NCBI GenBank assembly: GCA_963706325.1
Contig: CAVPLT010000004.1
Location: 832,001 to 896,000, forward strand
Direction: 5' to 3'
DNA length: 64,000 nt
Origin: an uncultured Nitrospiraceae bacterium
Lineage (GTDB): Bacteria; Nitrospirota; Nitrospiria; Nitrospirales; Nitrospiraceae
In this document: positions 55,353 through 64,000 of the stretch, one piece after another
Numbering within the stretch: position 1 is the stretch's first letter
Layout of the letters: each line of letters begins with the position of its first letter
Notes under the pieces: model-generated
Seen by the model: only the letters and a program-made list of their open reading frames with translations
Databases searched by the model: none
Told to the model about the DNA's origin: nothing
Translations under genes and position numbers: made by a program

Positions 55353-57005
55353 TTAGGCCCCCGCGCTGGAGAAGACTTGCTTGATCAAGACCTGCGCGTC
55401 ATCTTGAATACGTCGGAGGTGAGCCGGGCCGTTGAAACTTTCCGCGTACAGTTTGTAGACATCTTCGGTTCCGCTCGGGCGCGCGGCAAACCATCCGTTT
55501 GCCGTGGTGACCTTGAGCCCACCGATAGAGGCCTTGTTTCCGGGCGCTTCCGTCAACATGGCCGTGATCGATTCCCCGGCAAGCTCCCGACTCTGCACTT
55601 GCTGCGGGGAGAACTTTTGAAGGGCGGCTTTCTGCGCCCTCGTAGCCGGCGCATCGATGCGTTCGTAGACCGGCTCTCCCAGTCGGGCGGTCAGTTCGCC
55701 ATAGAGCTGGGCCGGATCTTTCCCGGTTACGGCCAGCATTTCCGCCGCGAGAAGATCCATGATGATGCCGTCCTTATCGGTCACCCAGGTGGTCCCGTCA
55801 TGACGGAGAAATGCCGCGCCCGCGCTTTCCTCCCCGCCAAACCCCAATGAACCATCACTGAGCCCCGGTACGAACCATTTGAATCCCACCGGCACCTCAA
55901 CCAGACGACGGCGGAGGTCATTGGCCACACGGTCGATCATGCTGCTGCTGACGATGGTCTTGCCGATACCGGCGGTCGCTTTCCAGCCTGGGCGATGGGT
56001 GATCAGATAGGCGATGGCGGATGCGAGGTAGTGATTGGGGTTCATCAAGCCGGCGCCGGGTGTCACGATGCCGTGGCGATCCGTGTCCGTGTCATTGCCA
56101 AAGGCAAGGTCGAACCGGTCCTTCAGTTTTATCAACGAAGCCATGGCATAGGGCGAGGAACAATCCATGCGGATTTTTCCGTCCCAATCGAGTGTCATGA
56201 AACCAAAGGTCGGGTCGACCTTTTCATTGACGATCTGGATGTCCAGGCCATAACGCTCCGCCAGGGGACGCCAGTAGGCTACGGCCGCTCCGCCCAGAGG
56301 ATCGACAGCGAGACGCAGCTTCGCCGCCTTGATGCGATCAAGATCGACCACATTGATCAGGTCCGCCAGATAAGTTCCGACAAAATCATACCGCTCCGTG
56401 GAAGAGGCCTTCAACGCCTGTTCATGGGATACACGCTTCACGCTTCGCAACTTGGCGGTCAGGAGTTCGTTGGCTCGATTCTCGATGATTTTCGTGACAT
56501 CGGTGTCCGCCGGCCCACCATGCGGCGGGTTATATTTGAAACCGCCATCTTCCGGAGGATTGTGCGACGGAGTGATGATGATGGCATCAGCAAGGCCGGA
56601 TGTCCGTCCTCGATTAAAAGTGAGAATAGCGTGGGACATCACCGGCGTGGGGGTATAGCCATCGTTCTGATCCATGCGGGCATGGACCTGATTCGCAGCC
56701 AACACTTCAAGTGCGGTGCGTTGGGCCGGTTCGGAAAGCGCATGGGTGTCCTTGCCGATGAAGAGGGGACCGGTGGTGCCGGCTGACTGCCGGTATTCGC
56801 AGATGGCCTGTGTGATGGCGAGGATATGAGACTCGTTGAAGGAATGGCGCAATGATGAGCCGCGATGACCACTGGTGCCGAAGCTCACGCGCTGTTGAGG
56901 ATCGGACGGATCCGGCGTGGCTGAGTAGTAAGCCTGTTCGAGTTGTACGAGATCGACGAGCTGTTCCGGCTTTGCCGGTAGTCCGGCCTGTGGATGGAGA
57001 GGCAT
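55353..57005 (-). CDS. pgm: Phosphoglucomutase
   Basis: [36 protein letters not shown]. Confidence 0.97.
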   Translation of the reverse strand: MPLHPQAGLPAKPEQLVDLVQLEQAYYSATPDPSDPQQRVSFGTSGHRGSSLRHSFNESHILAITQAICEYRQSAGTTGPLFIGKDTHALSEPAQRTALEVLAANQVHARMDQNDGYTPTPVMSHAILTFNRGRTSGLADAIIITPSHNPPEDGGFKYNPPHGGPADTDVTKIIENRANELLTAKLRSVKRVSHEQALKASSTERYDFVGTYLADLINVVDLDRIKAAKLRLAVDPLGGAAVAYWRPLAERYGLDIQIVNEKVDPTFGFMTLDWDGKIRMDCSSPYAMASLIKLKDRFDLAFGNDTDTDRHGIVTPGAGLMNPNHYLASAIAYLITHRPGWKATAGIGKTIVSSSMIDRVANDLRRRLVEVPVGFKWFVPGLSDGSLGFGGEESAGAAFLRHDGTTWVTDKDGIIMDLLAAEMLAVTGKDPAQLYGELTARLGEPVYERIDAPATRAQKAALQKFSPQQVQSRELAGESITAMLTEAPGNKASIGGLKVTTANGWFAARPSGTEDVYKLYAESFNGPAHLRRIQDDAQVLIKQVFSSAGA

Positions 57006-57162
57006 GGGCTCCTCGAGGGGACGTTATGAATTGTGAATGCTGGGTTCCGGTTTCACCGAGCGCTCAGTATATACAGGTCGATGATCAATGTCAGGCCGGC
57101 TCGCTTGCGTGCTCCTTTGCGCGGGTGTTAAGATTCGATCACGTGAAGGAGAGGGATTGAGT

Positions 57163-57429
57163 ATGCCGAACGTTACGTTGCTACACTCACCGACCTGTGG
57201 CGCCTGTCCATCGGCAAAACGCGTATGGAAGGAGCTCAGGGTGAAGTATAGCTTTAGCTATCGAGAAGTCGACATCACCACCACGGATGGTCAGGAATTG
57301 GCCAATCGGCATTCAGTCCGAGCTGTGCCGGCGACCATTATCGATGGACGATTGACTTTTGTAGGTGTCCCACCGCGCGAGAGCGCTGAGAAAGCGTTGC
57401 AGCTGAAAATGCGACCGCAGGGCGCTTAA
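57163..57429 (+). CDS. Small thioredoxin/glutaredoxin-fold protein
   Basis: SPTCGACP (CxxC), AVPATIIDG. Confidence 0.85.
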   Translation: MPNVTLLHSPTCGACPSAKRVWKELRVKYSFSYREVDITTTDGQELANRHSVRAVPATIIDGRLTFVGVPPRESAEKALQLKMRPQGA

Positions 57430-57442
57430 GAGTAGGAGTGTA

Positions 57443-57610
57443 ATGACGGTTCCAGATGAGGATGACTTCGAATTGCCGGACCTTCTTCCCTTGATGGGTA
57501 AAGGGCCTCCCCCTGAATGCGGCACCTGCGGCGAGCCGATGAAGTTTATCGATGGGGATTGGTCTTGCATCGATTGCAATGGAGAACTGCTGGGCCCGGA
57601 AACCGGCTAA
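57443..57610 (+). CDS. 55-aa acidic zinc-ribbon protein
   Basis: AGGAG RBS; MTVPDEDDFELPDLLPLMGKGPPPECGTCGEPMKFIDGDWSCIDCNGELLGPETG (CxxC-x12-CxxC); below the ORF-track cut-off. Confidence 0.7.
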   Translation: MTVPDEDDFELPDLLPLMGKGPPPECGTCGEPMKFIDGDWSCIDCNGELLGPETG

Positions 57611-57702
57611 CCACGGTCATGTAGAGTCCTGCATGATTGATGAGGAACGGTGTCGTGCGGATCATTAAACATGCGCTATTGATCACTCCTCATTCGGTGT
57701 AG

Positions 57703-60700
57703 ATGCTTCGTCTTGTCACCGGACCGTTTCATCCCACCCTCGAAACCGCACTTGTCGATGATCTGCGATCCCTGAAAACGCTCGATCCGCTCGGCGGTGT
57801 CGCGCTCGTCGTGCCATCCGATGAGCTTCGCCGTTCTCTGAAGCGCCTCCTAGCGGTGACTCATGGCCTGTCGCTGCTCAACGTGCACATCCTTTCATTC
57901 CATCAACTCGCGCTGCACCTTGACCGTGAGCGCATTCTTAACGGACGGTCCTGCGACAGGGCGCGCAGGATCGATCTGGTCACGGATGTGTTTTTTGAGC
58001 ACCTGCTTCAGCTATTGAGCCAGCGTCACGTTCCGCAGACGGAGGCGCTTCGCTTGTCGCAGCTGGCGCCGGGAGCGTGGGCAGCCCTGTGGGCGAGCTT
58101 GCGTGACCTGAAGGATGCGACCGTTGATCCCGCGGTGGCGCTTCGTGCCGTGGATGAGAAACAGTTCACGACAGAGGACAGTGAAAAGCTCAAGGGATTA
58201 TTTACCTTATATGCCGCACTTCGGGAAAGCCGATCCGCGCTCGGGGTAGGGTCTCCTGATGACTTGGCCGCTCTCGTTACAGAAATGGTCGCAGCTTCGC
58301 CGTTTCTGGGCGGTCTCACGCGGCTCTGCTATTACGGTTCCTATGACCTGACGCAGACCCAATTAACGCTGTTAGAAAAGCTGGCAGCAACTGTGGCGGT
58401 GACAGTCTATTTTCCACAGGCTACGCATCCGGCCTATGAGTTTGCCCGCCAATTTCTGGAGCGCTATCTTTATCCGCTCGCCGGTGGTTCGAAAAACGCT
58501 CCACTCGCGTCTTCGGACGAGACCCTTTCCTCTCTCAATCACAAATCAAAAGTATCTGTTGAAGTACGAAGCGCCGCCGGCGTGGATGACGAATTGGCTC
58601 TTGTGTGCAAACAAATCCTTTCGCTGGTGGAAACTCACGGATATCGCTTCGGCGAGATCGGTGTGGTAGGGCGAACGCTCGTGCCATACCAAGCAATACT
58701 GCGGCGGACCATGGACCAACATCGGATTCCATTCGTCTCCAGCGCGAACCTGCCGCTCTTGCAGGAGCCGGCGACCAAGACGCTGCTCCATCTCGCACAA
58801 CTGAAGGGGAACGGTCTCTACTGGCCGGCCATGCTGGAAGTCTTGACCTCGCCCTGGAACCGCGGCGTCAGACACAATACCGAACATATTGAACCGCGGC
58901 CGGACCTGTGGCGTGTGGCGGTACGGGCGTTGGGTATCACCAGAGGCGAGGGGGAATGGAGACGGCTGGCGCGCCTGAGCCGTTTGGATGCTTCGACCCC
59001 GGACAGCGCGGAGCAATTCACGGAGAACATGGGTGGGATATCCATCGATGGTGGACAACTGCGCCTGCTGTGGAACGCTGTGTCACAGTTGATCAACGAT
59101 GTGAATGGTCTTCCCGGCGAGGGTGGCTACGGCGAGCTGACGGATGCCTTTCTAGCCCTGGCGGAGAAACATTTGACTATGGGCTTGGAAACCACTCAAT
59201 CGGGTGATCCCATGTCGCGTGGGGACGACGCGGGAGACGCGAGTGAGGCGCTCTCAACGGTCTTCATGCAACTGCGATCACTGGATCGACTGGCGCTCGA
59301 CATCACGTGGGACCAATGGACCGAGACCTTCGCACAACTACTGGAACGGACGACCTATGCGGTAGCGACCCCTTCCCATGACGGCGTGCAGGTACTCGAT
59401 GCCATGGCCGCGCGTGGTTTGGGCTTCCGGGCTCTCTTTATGGTCGGACTGAACGAAAAAGCATTCCCCCGCTTTATTCACGAAGACGGATTTCTCCGGG
59501 ACCGGCACCGGCTGATCCTCAGTGAAACCCTCGGCTACAAAATTGATCAAAAGCTTCAAGGATATGCCGAGGAAGCCCTGCTGTTCGAATTGCTACGCTC
59601 GTCTGCGACTGAGCGTTTGTATCTCTCTTATCAACGCGCGGATACCGATGGTCGTCCACTTGCTCCCTCGGCCTATCTGGATACCATGGGAGCCCTTGCG
59701 GGGCAGCCCAATCCCGGCGCAGTGTTTGCCTTGCCGCGTCGATGGCCGGATCGGGCAGGCCTCGCGCTATTTGCACCGCCGCTGCTAACTCGCGAGGAAC
59801 TTACGGTCAGCACGGTACTGCAGGGACGAGACGTGTCCGAGTTAATGGAAGTAGTCGGGCGCGATGGGCAATTATTTTCCCATGGCCTGGCGGCGCAAGG
59901 GGCGATAGAAAGCGCTCAACCGAGATTGAATGCGTTCGACGGTATCCTCGAACATCCGACCGCTGACTGGGACCTCCTGAGTCGGCGCGGTTTCTCGCCG
60001 ACCGCGCTGGAATCCTATGCGCGTTGCCCGTTCCAGTATTTTGCCGATGAGGTGCTCAAGCTGGAATCCGTGCGCCAGGCGCCTTCCATGAAAGTGTCCC
60101 CCCCTGCGATGGGGCAGCTATGCCATGAAGCGTTGCGTCACTGCTATCGTGCTCTGATCCGGCAGGGTTGGCCGGAAGCGTTGCCGCCCAGGGGCATCGT
60201 CGCTGAGGAGGTGAGTCGAGCAGTGGCTCAAGCTTGTGCCGCCTACGGCACGACGCATGGAACCGGCTATGCCGTGACGTGGCAACTGGCGCAGGAACAG
60301 ATCCACCGTATCGTATCCCTCACAGTGGCATTCGATCGCGAGGAGGCCATGACCTCAGGGTTTCTTCCGGTGGAATTTGAAATCGATGCCAAGGGAACGT
60401 TGCCGTATCGGGCGGATTTGGATCCCGTGCCGATTCGTGGACGATGGGATCGTGTTGATCGTCATCCGGTTTCAAAGGCTCTACGAGTCATCGACTATAA
60501 GTACCGGGCCAATGACCAGGTTGAGGTCAAGGATCGAAATCTCGTTCAGTCCGCCTTCCGAGGCTCGCGTCTGCAACCGGCGCTGTATACCTTGATGACG
60601 GCCACGTTGCCTGGTGAATCGCAAGATTCCCTGCCCGAGCAGGTCGACTTCCTGTATCTATTGCCTCGCGCCACGCCAAGCGTCGAACGCGCCTCATTTC

Positions 60701-60933
60701 CAGCAAAGGCGTGGCAGGGCTCTGCCGGGCCGATGCTGAATAGGACACTGCAAGTGTTGGTCGAGGGCGTGCGTGATGGTCACCATGTCATCGTTCCGGA
60801 TGCCTACTGCGCGCACTGCGATTTTTCTACCGCCTGCCGCCGGACGCATCAGCCGAGCTGGTGGCGCGCCTATCGTTCTTCGCAGGCCGGACTCTTGCGA
60901 AGCCTGCGGTCGCTGAAGGTCCCGCGTGACTGA
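57703..60933 (+). CDS. addB: AddB-like inactive helicase / PD-(D/E)XK nuclease subunit
   Basis: Degenerate Walker A; FSPTALESYARCPFQY, RGRWDRVD, VIDYK, LQPALY, CAHCDFSTAC (4-Cys Fe-S staple). Confidence 0.85.
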   Translation: MLRLVTGPFHPTLETALVDDLRSLKTLDPLGGVALVVPSDELRRSLKRLLAVTHGLSLLNVHILSFHQLALHLDRERILNGRSCDRARRIDLVTDVFFEHLLQLLSQRHVPQTEALRLSQLAPGAWAALWASLRDLKDATVDPAVALRAVDEKQFTTEDSEKLKGLFTLYAALRESRSALGVGSPDDLAALVTEMVAASPFLGGLTRLCYYGSYDLTQTQLTLLEKLAATVAVTVYFPQATHPAYEFARQFLERYLYPLAGGSKNAPLASSDETLSSLNHKSKVSVEVRSAAGVDDELALVCKQILSLVETHGYRFGEIGVVGRTLVPYQAILRRTMDQHRIPFVSSANLPLLQEPATKTLLHLAQLKGNGLYWPAMLEVLTSPWNRGVRHNTEHIEPRPDLWRVAVRALGITRGEGEWRRLARLSRLDASTPDSAEQFTENMGGISIDGGQLRLLWNAVSQLINDVNGLPGEGGYGELTDAFLALAEKHLTMGLETTQSGDPMSRGDDAGDASEALSTVFMQLRSLDRLALDITWDQWTETFAQLLERTTYAVATPSHDGVQVLDAMAARGLGFRALFMVGLNEKAFPRFIHEDGFLRDRHRLILSETLGYKIDQKLQGYAEEALLFELLRSSATERLYLSYQRADTDGRPLAPSAYLDTMGALAGQPNPGAVFALPRRWPDRAGLALFAPPLLTREELTVSTVLQGRDVSELMEVVGRDGQLFSHGLAAQGAIESAQPRLNAFDGILEHPTADWDLLSRRGFSPTALESYARCPFQYFADEVLKLESVRQAPSMKVSPPAMGQLCHEALRHCYRALIRQGWPEALPPRGIVAEEVSRAVAQACAAYGTTHGTGYAVTWQLAQEQIHRIVSLTVAFDREEAMTSGFLPVEFEIDAKGTLPYRADLDPVPIRGRWDRVDRHPVSKALRVIDYKYRANDQVEVKDRNLVQSAFRGSRLQPALYTLMTATLPGESQDSLPEQVDFLYLLPRATPSVERASFPAKAWQGSAGPMLNRTLQVLVEGVRDGHHVIVPDAYCAHCDFSTACRRTHQPSWWRAYRSSQAGLLRSLRSLKVPRD

Positions 60934-63900
60934 CTTGACGCCGATACCGGATCAGGCGTCCCGTATCGCTGCCGCCACCACCTTCGATCGTAATGTGGTG
61001 GTGATCGCCGGAGCGGGTACGGGGAAAACAACTCTGCTCGTCAATCGGCTCCTGTACCTGCTCATGCGCCGGTCCGATCCGCTTGATCTCTCACATATTG
61101 TCGCCTTGACCTTCACAAACAAGGCCGCTGCCGAAATGAAACTTCGCTTGCGGGAGCGGCTTCGCGCGTTAGTGAACGCAGAGGGCCGCGACAACCTTCT
61201 CGCCGGCAGCGGAGGCGTCTCCATCGCCGACTTCCGCGCGCGATATGGCTGGACGACCGACGAGATTGTGGCCAGGGCGGAGGCCGCTTTTCGCGAAGTC
61301 GAAAAGGCCCAGATCGGAACACTCCACAGTTTTGCGGCGCATTTGCTTCGTCTCTATCCCATCGAAGCCGGCGTGACGCCGACATTTGGAACGGATGAGG
61401 ACGGGTCGCGGTTCGACGACCATTTTACCCACGAGTGGGATCTCTGGCTGGATCGGGAGTTGGGGCTAACCGGCGGCAATCATGAGAGTTGGAAGATGGT
61501 ACTGGGCCTGTTCACCCTCGATGACCTTCGTGAGTTAGCTTACAGCCTGCACAGTGATCTGATCGATCTTGAAGGCCTGACCAGACAGGTCGGGGAGCCC
61601 AATCTCAGTCCCGGGCTGCGCGAATGGTTCACTCGCCGGCAGGCTCAGGCCGAAGATCTGCTGGCGCGGTATGATGGCCCGAAACGGAGAAAAGTCGAAC
61701 AGATGCTGGCCGCGATCGCGGAACTTTGCGGCAGGCTGCTGTCTCAAGGCTTGAACGGCCTACAGGACCTCCCACGTGAAACGCAGGAGCTGCTGGCCAA
61801 AGATCTCGGCGCGGCTCCCGCAGGATGGACTGATACGGATTTCGCTGACGCGGAGGCCCTGCAGCGTATCGCGAAGCGATTATTCAAGGTCAACCAAACG
61901 CTGCTGGAGAAGCTGCTGACGCTGCTCTCGCCCTTCGTGCAGGCGGTACGAAAATCTTTTTTGAATTCCGGTTGGCTCACCTTCGACGGGTTGTTAGGCA
62001 AGGCCCGCACGTTGCTCCGGGATCATCCGGCGATCCGTGAACAATTGAAACGCGACTACCGCGCGCTGCTCGTCGATGAGTTTCAAGATACGGATCCCGT
62101 GCAATATGAGATCGTGCTGTATCTTGCCGAGCGGGTAGGCACGCAAGCCACCACTTGGCGCGACGCTGAACTTGAAGCGGGAAAACTGTTTATTGTCGGC
62201 GATCCTAAACAATCGATTTACGCATTTCGTCGCGCCGATATTGAAGCCTTTGAGCATGTCGTCGACCGAATGGAGCGCAGCGGCGCGCTCCGTTGTGAGC
62301 TGGCGACCAACTTTCGCAGCCATGCTCAGGTTCTTGACGTGGTGAACGGGGTGTTCAACGCATTGCTGGTGGCGCAACCCTCCATCCAGCCTCCCAACGT
62401 TCCGCTCAGGGTTCAACCGAACCGATCGAGTCAGTTTCGCAATCCCGGTGTTGAACTTCGCTTGGTCACGACGGAAGACGATGACGACTTGGACTCTGCC
62501 GCGGCGACCAGGGTTGAAGCCGAGCAGATTGCGCTCCTCATCGATCGATTACTGCAGCCGGCTGAACATGAATCCACGTCGACCCAATCAGATCATGCGC
62601 TGCGTCCGGGTCATATCGCGCTTCTGTTCCGGAAACTGACGCAGGCCGAGCATTATCTGGAAGCCCTTCGCCGGCACGACATTGCCTACATTATCGACGG
62701 AGAAAAGCATTTCTACCGTCGTCAAGAAGTCATCGATTTGGTCAACATTCTTCGCTGCATCGAGAGTCCTCATGATCACATTGCCCTGGCGGGCGTATTG
62801 CGCTCGGCGATCGGAGGCTTGCCCGATTCGGCATTGCTCTCGCTGCAGAAGATGAACGCCTTGGACTATCGCCGGATTGATCGACTGACGGCCTGGGTCA
62901 GTCCGCATGCCGAGCCGCTCCGTCGCCTCTATGGGGCTCTCTTGCGGCTCCATGCACAAGCGCCTCGTTGTCCATTGCCGGAGGCGGTGAGCCTCGTCTT
63001 TCAGCAGCTGCCGGTGTTGGAGTTGGCGGCGGCGTCTCTGCACGGAGAACAGGCGGTCGCCAATTTACTCAAAGTTCGCCAGATGGCGGCAGAGCTGGCC
63101 GATCGTCCCGCGCTGACCCTGACGGGGTTCGTGGAGTTACTGCTTGAGCGGCTTACGGAGCAACCGGAGGAAGCCGAAAGTGCTCTGGCGGAGGACACCC
63201 TCGATGCGGTGCGGGTCATGACTATCCATAAGGCGAAGGGGTTGGAGTTTCCACTGGTGATACTGGGCGGGTTACATCACGGGGACGGAGTCGGTCGTGG
63301 CCCCTCGCGCCCGCTTCTCTGGCACGATTGGTCCACCGGCGTGCAGGGCCTCGACCTGGGCGACCATTGCAGTCTGGGTGCGATCCTGGTGGCGGAGAAA
63401 GCCCGAACACGTGAACAGGCGGAACGGAGCCGGCTGTTCTATGTCGGAATGACGCGCGCGCGCGAGTCCCTGGTCCTATCCGGAGCTCTGCCTCGACGAC
63501 GGGCAGGCGGCGCCCTCATCGAGCTGTTGCAGCAGGCCACCGGAACGGAGCTCGGTCGGTCTGATCAGTCGAATATTCCAGTCGGTCACGTCGGCCTGCG
63601 CCAAACTCTTCTTCAGGGCGATGATCGGCCGCCCGACAGGCCACGCGCGCAGCCGGTCGTGTTGGAAGCCGGGGTGATCGAAATGTCACACGATGTGCGC
63701 TGGGAACAGCGTGATCAGCAATGGAACGTGCAAACGGCAATGCCCCTCTTGGTCTCGGCCACCGCTTCACTCTCCAGTGAGAGTCAAGTGAAGGCACCTA
63801 AACCAAGGACCGCAGGTCGAGCGGGCCTAGGACTGGCGATAGGGACAACCTCCCACCGCCTTCTGCAGTATTGGGACTTCAACGACGATGCATCGGCGCA

Positions 63901-64000
63901 ATTGGCGCTGATCAATCGGCAGTCCCTGGTATTGGTAAAGGAGCACGACGAGGCCACACAAGAGGTCATTGTTGAGGAGGTGCGCGACCTCCTGCGCGCC
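60926..64000 (+). CDS. addA: AddA-like UvrD-family helicase/nuclease; runs off the window edge
   Basis: GTG at 60926 overlaps addB; AGAGTGKTT, LTFTNKAAAEMK, IGTLHSF, LVDEFQDT, VGDPKQSIYAFR, NFRS, MTIHKAKGLEF, LFYVGMTRAR. Confidence 0.9.
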   Translation, partial: MTDLTPIPDQASRIAAATTFDRNVVVIAGAGTGKTTLLVNRLLYLLMRRSDPLDLSHIVALTFTNKAAAEMKLRLRERLRALVNAEGRDNLLAGSGGVSIADFRARYGWTTDEIVARAEAAFREVEKAQIGTLHSFAAHLLRLYPIEAGVTPTFGTDEDGSRFDDHFTHEWDLWLDRELGLTGGNHESWKMVLGLFTLDDLRELAYSLHSDLIDLEGLTRQVGEPNLSPGLREWFTRRQAQAEDLLARYDGPKRRKVEQMLAAIAELCGRLLSQGLNGLQDLPRETQELLAKDLGAAPAGWTDTDFADAEALQRIAKRLFKVNQTLLEKLLTLLSPFVQAVRKSFLNSGWLTFDGLLGKARTLLRDHPAIREQLKRDYRALLVDEFQDTDPVQYEIVLYLAERVGTQATTWRDAELEAGKLFIVGDPKQSIYAFRRADIEAFEHVVDRMERSGALRCELATNFRSHAQVLDVVNGVFNALLVAQPSIQPPNVPLRVQPNRSSQFRNPGVELRLVTTEDDDDLDSAAATRVEAEQIALLIDRLLQPAEHESTSTQSDHALRPGHIALLFRKLTQAEHYLEALRRHDIAYIIDGEKHFYRRQEVIDLVNILRCIESPHDHIALAGVLRSAIGGLPDSALLSLQKMNALDYRRIDRLTAWVSPHAEPLRRLYGALLRLHAQAPRCPLPEAVSLVFQQLPVLELAAASLHGEQAVANLLKVRQMAAELADRPALTLTGFVELLLERLTEQPEEAESALAEDTLDAVRVMTIHKAKGLEFPLVILGGLHHGDGVGRGPSRPLLWHDWSTGVQGLDLGDHCSLGAILVAEKARTREQAERSRLFYVGMTRARESLVLSGALPRRRAGGALIELLQQATGTELGRSDQSNIPVGHVGLRQTLLQGDDRPPDRPRAQPVVLEAGVIEMSHDVRWEQRDQQWNVQTAMPLLVSATASLSSESQVKAPKPRTAGRAGLGLAIGTTSHRLLQYWDFNDDASAQLALINRQSLVLVKEHDEATQEVIVEEVRDLLRA

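Noticed and set aside
57703..64000. Helicase-nuclease pair as a defence system or Cas4 locus
   Set aside because: Architecture and gene order match housekeeping AddAB; no CRISPR repeats or cas genes are present in the window.

Overview
This is a core-chromosome window (GC-rich, by eye) from a Gram-negative bacterium; gene content and intergenic repeats suggest Nitrospira (inference). In order, it holds: (1) a minus-strand cluster of general-stress-type genes (TPP pyruvate-oxidase-like enzyme, AI-2E, YihY, DUF3618/holin-X/DUF883-like trio, hemerythrin, DUF4403, BON, YtxH); (2) rlpA, a CNNM/CBS protein and a MoxR-partner-ligA operon; (3) a LysM gene and a full trp operon (E-G-D-C-lipoprotein-F-B-A); (4) lnt-prfB-lysS-lolE-lolD, with the programmed RF2 frameshift; (5) an accessory stretch with a four-lipoprotein operon, dodecin and a REC-PAS protein; (6) archaeal-type DNA topoisomerase VI (top6B-top6A); (7) DUF1800/DUF1501, yacG, pgm and addB-addA. 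The best unannotated signals are a palindromic 18-bp box (ACTAGG-N6-CCTAGT) 21-22 nt upstream of -10-like hexamers in front of six stress-type genes (a candidate regulon), two copies of a ~125-bp MITE-like structured element, a BamE-like plus three-paralogue lipoprotein module, several small proteins missed by the ORF track, and a candidate anti-SD sRNA upstream of top6B. Four genes carry apparent frameshifts that may be sequencing indels. No rRNA, tRNA, CRISPR array, prophage or transposase was recognised. All family assignments come from motif recognition by eye, not from database searches.
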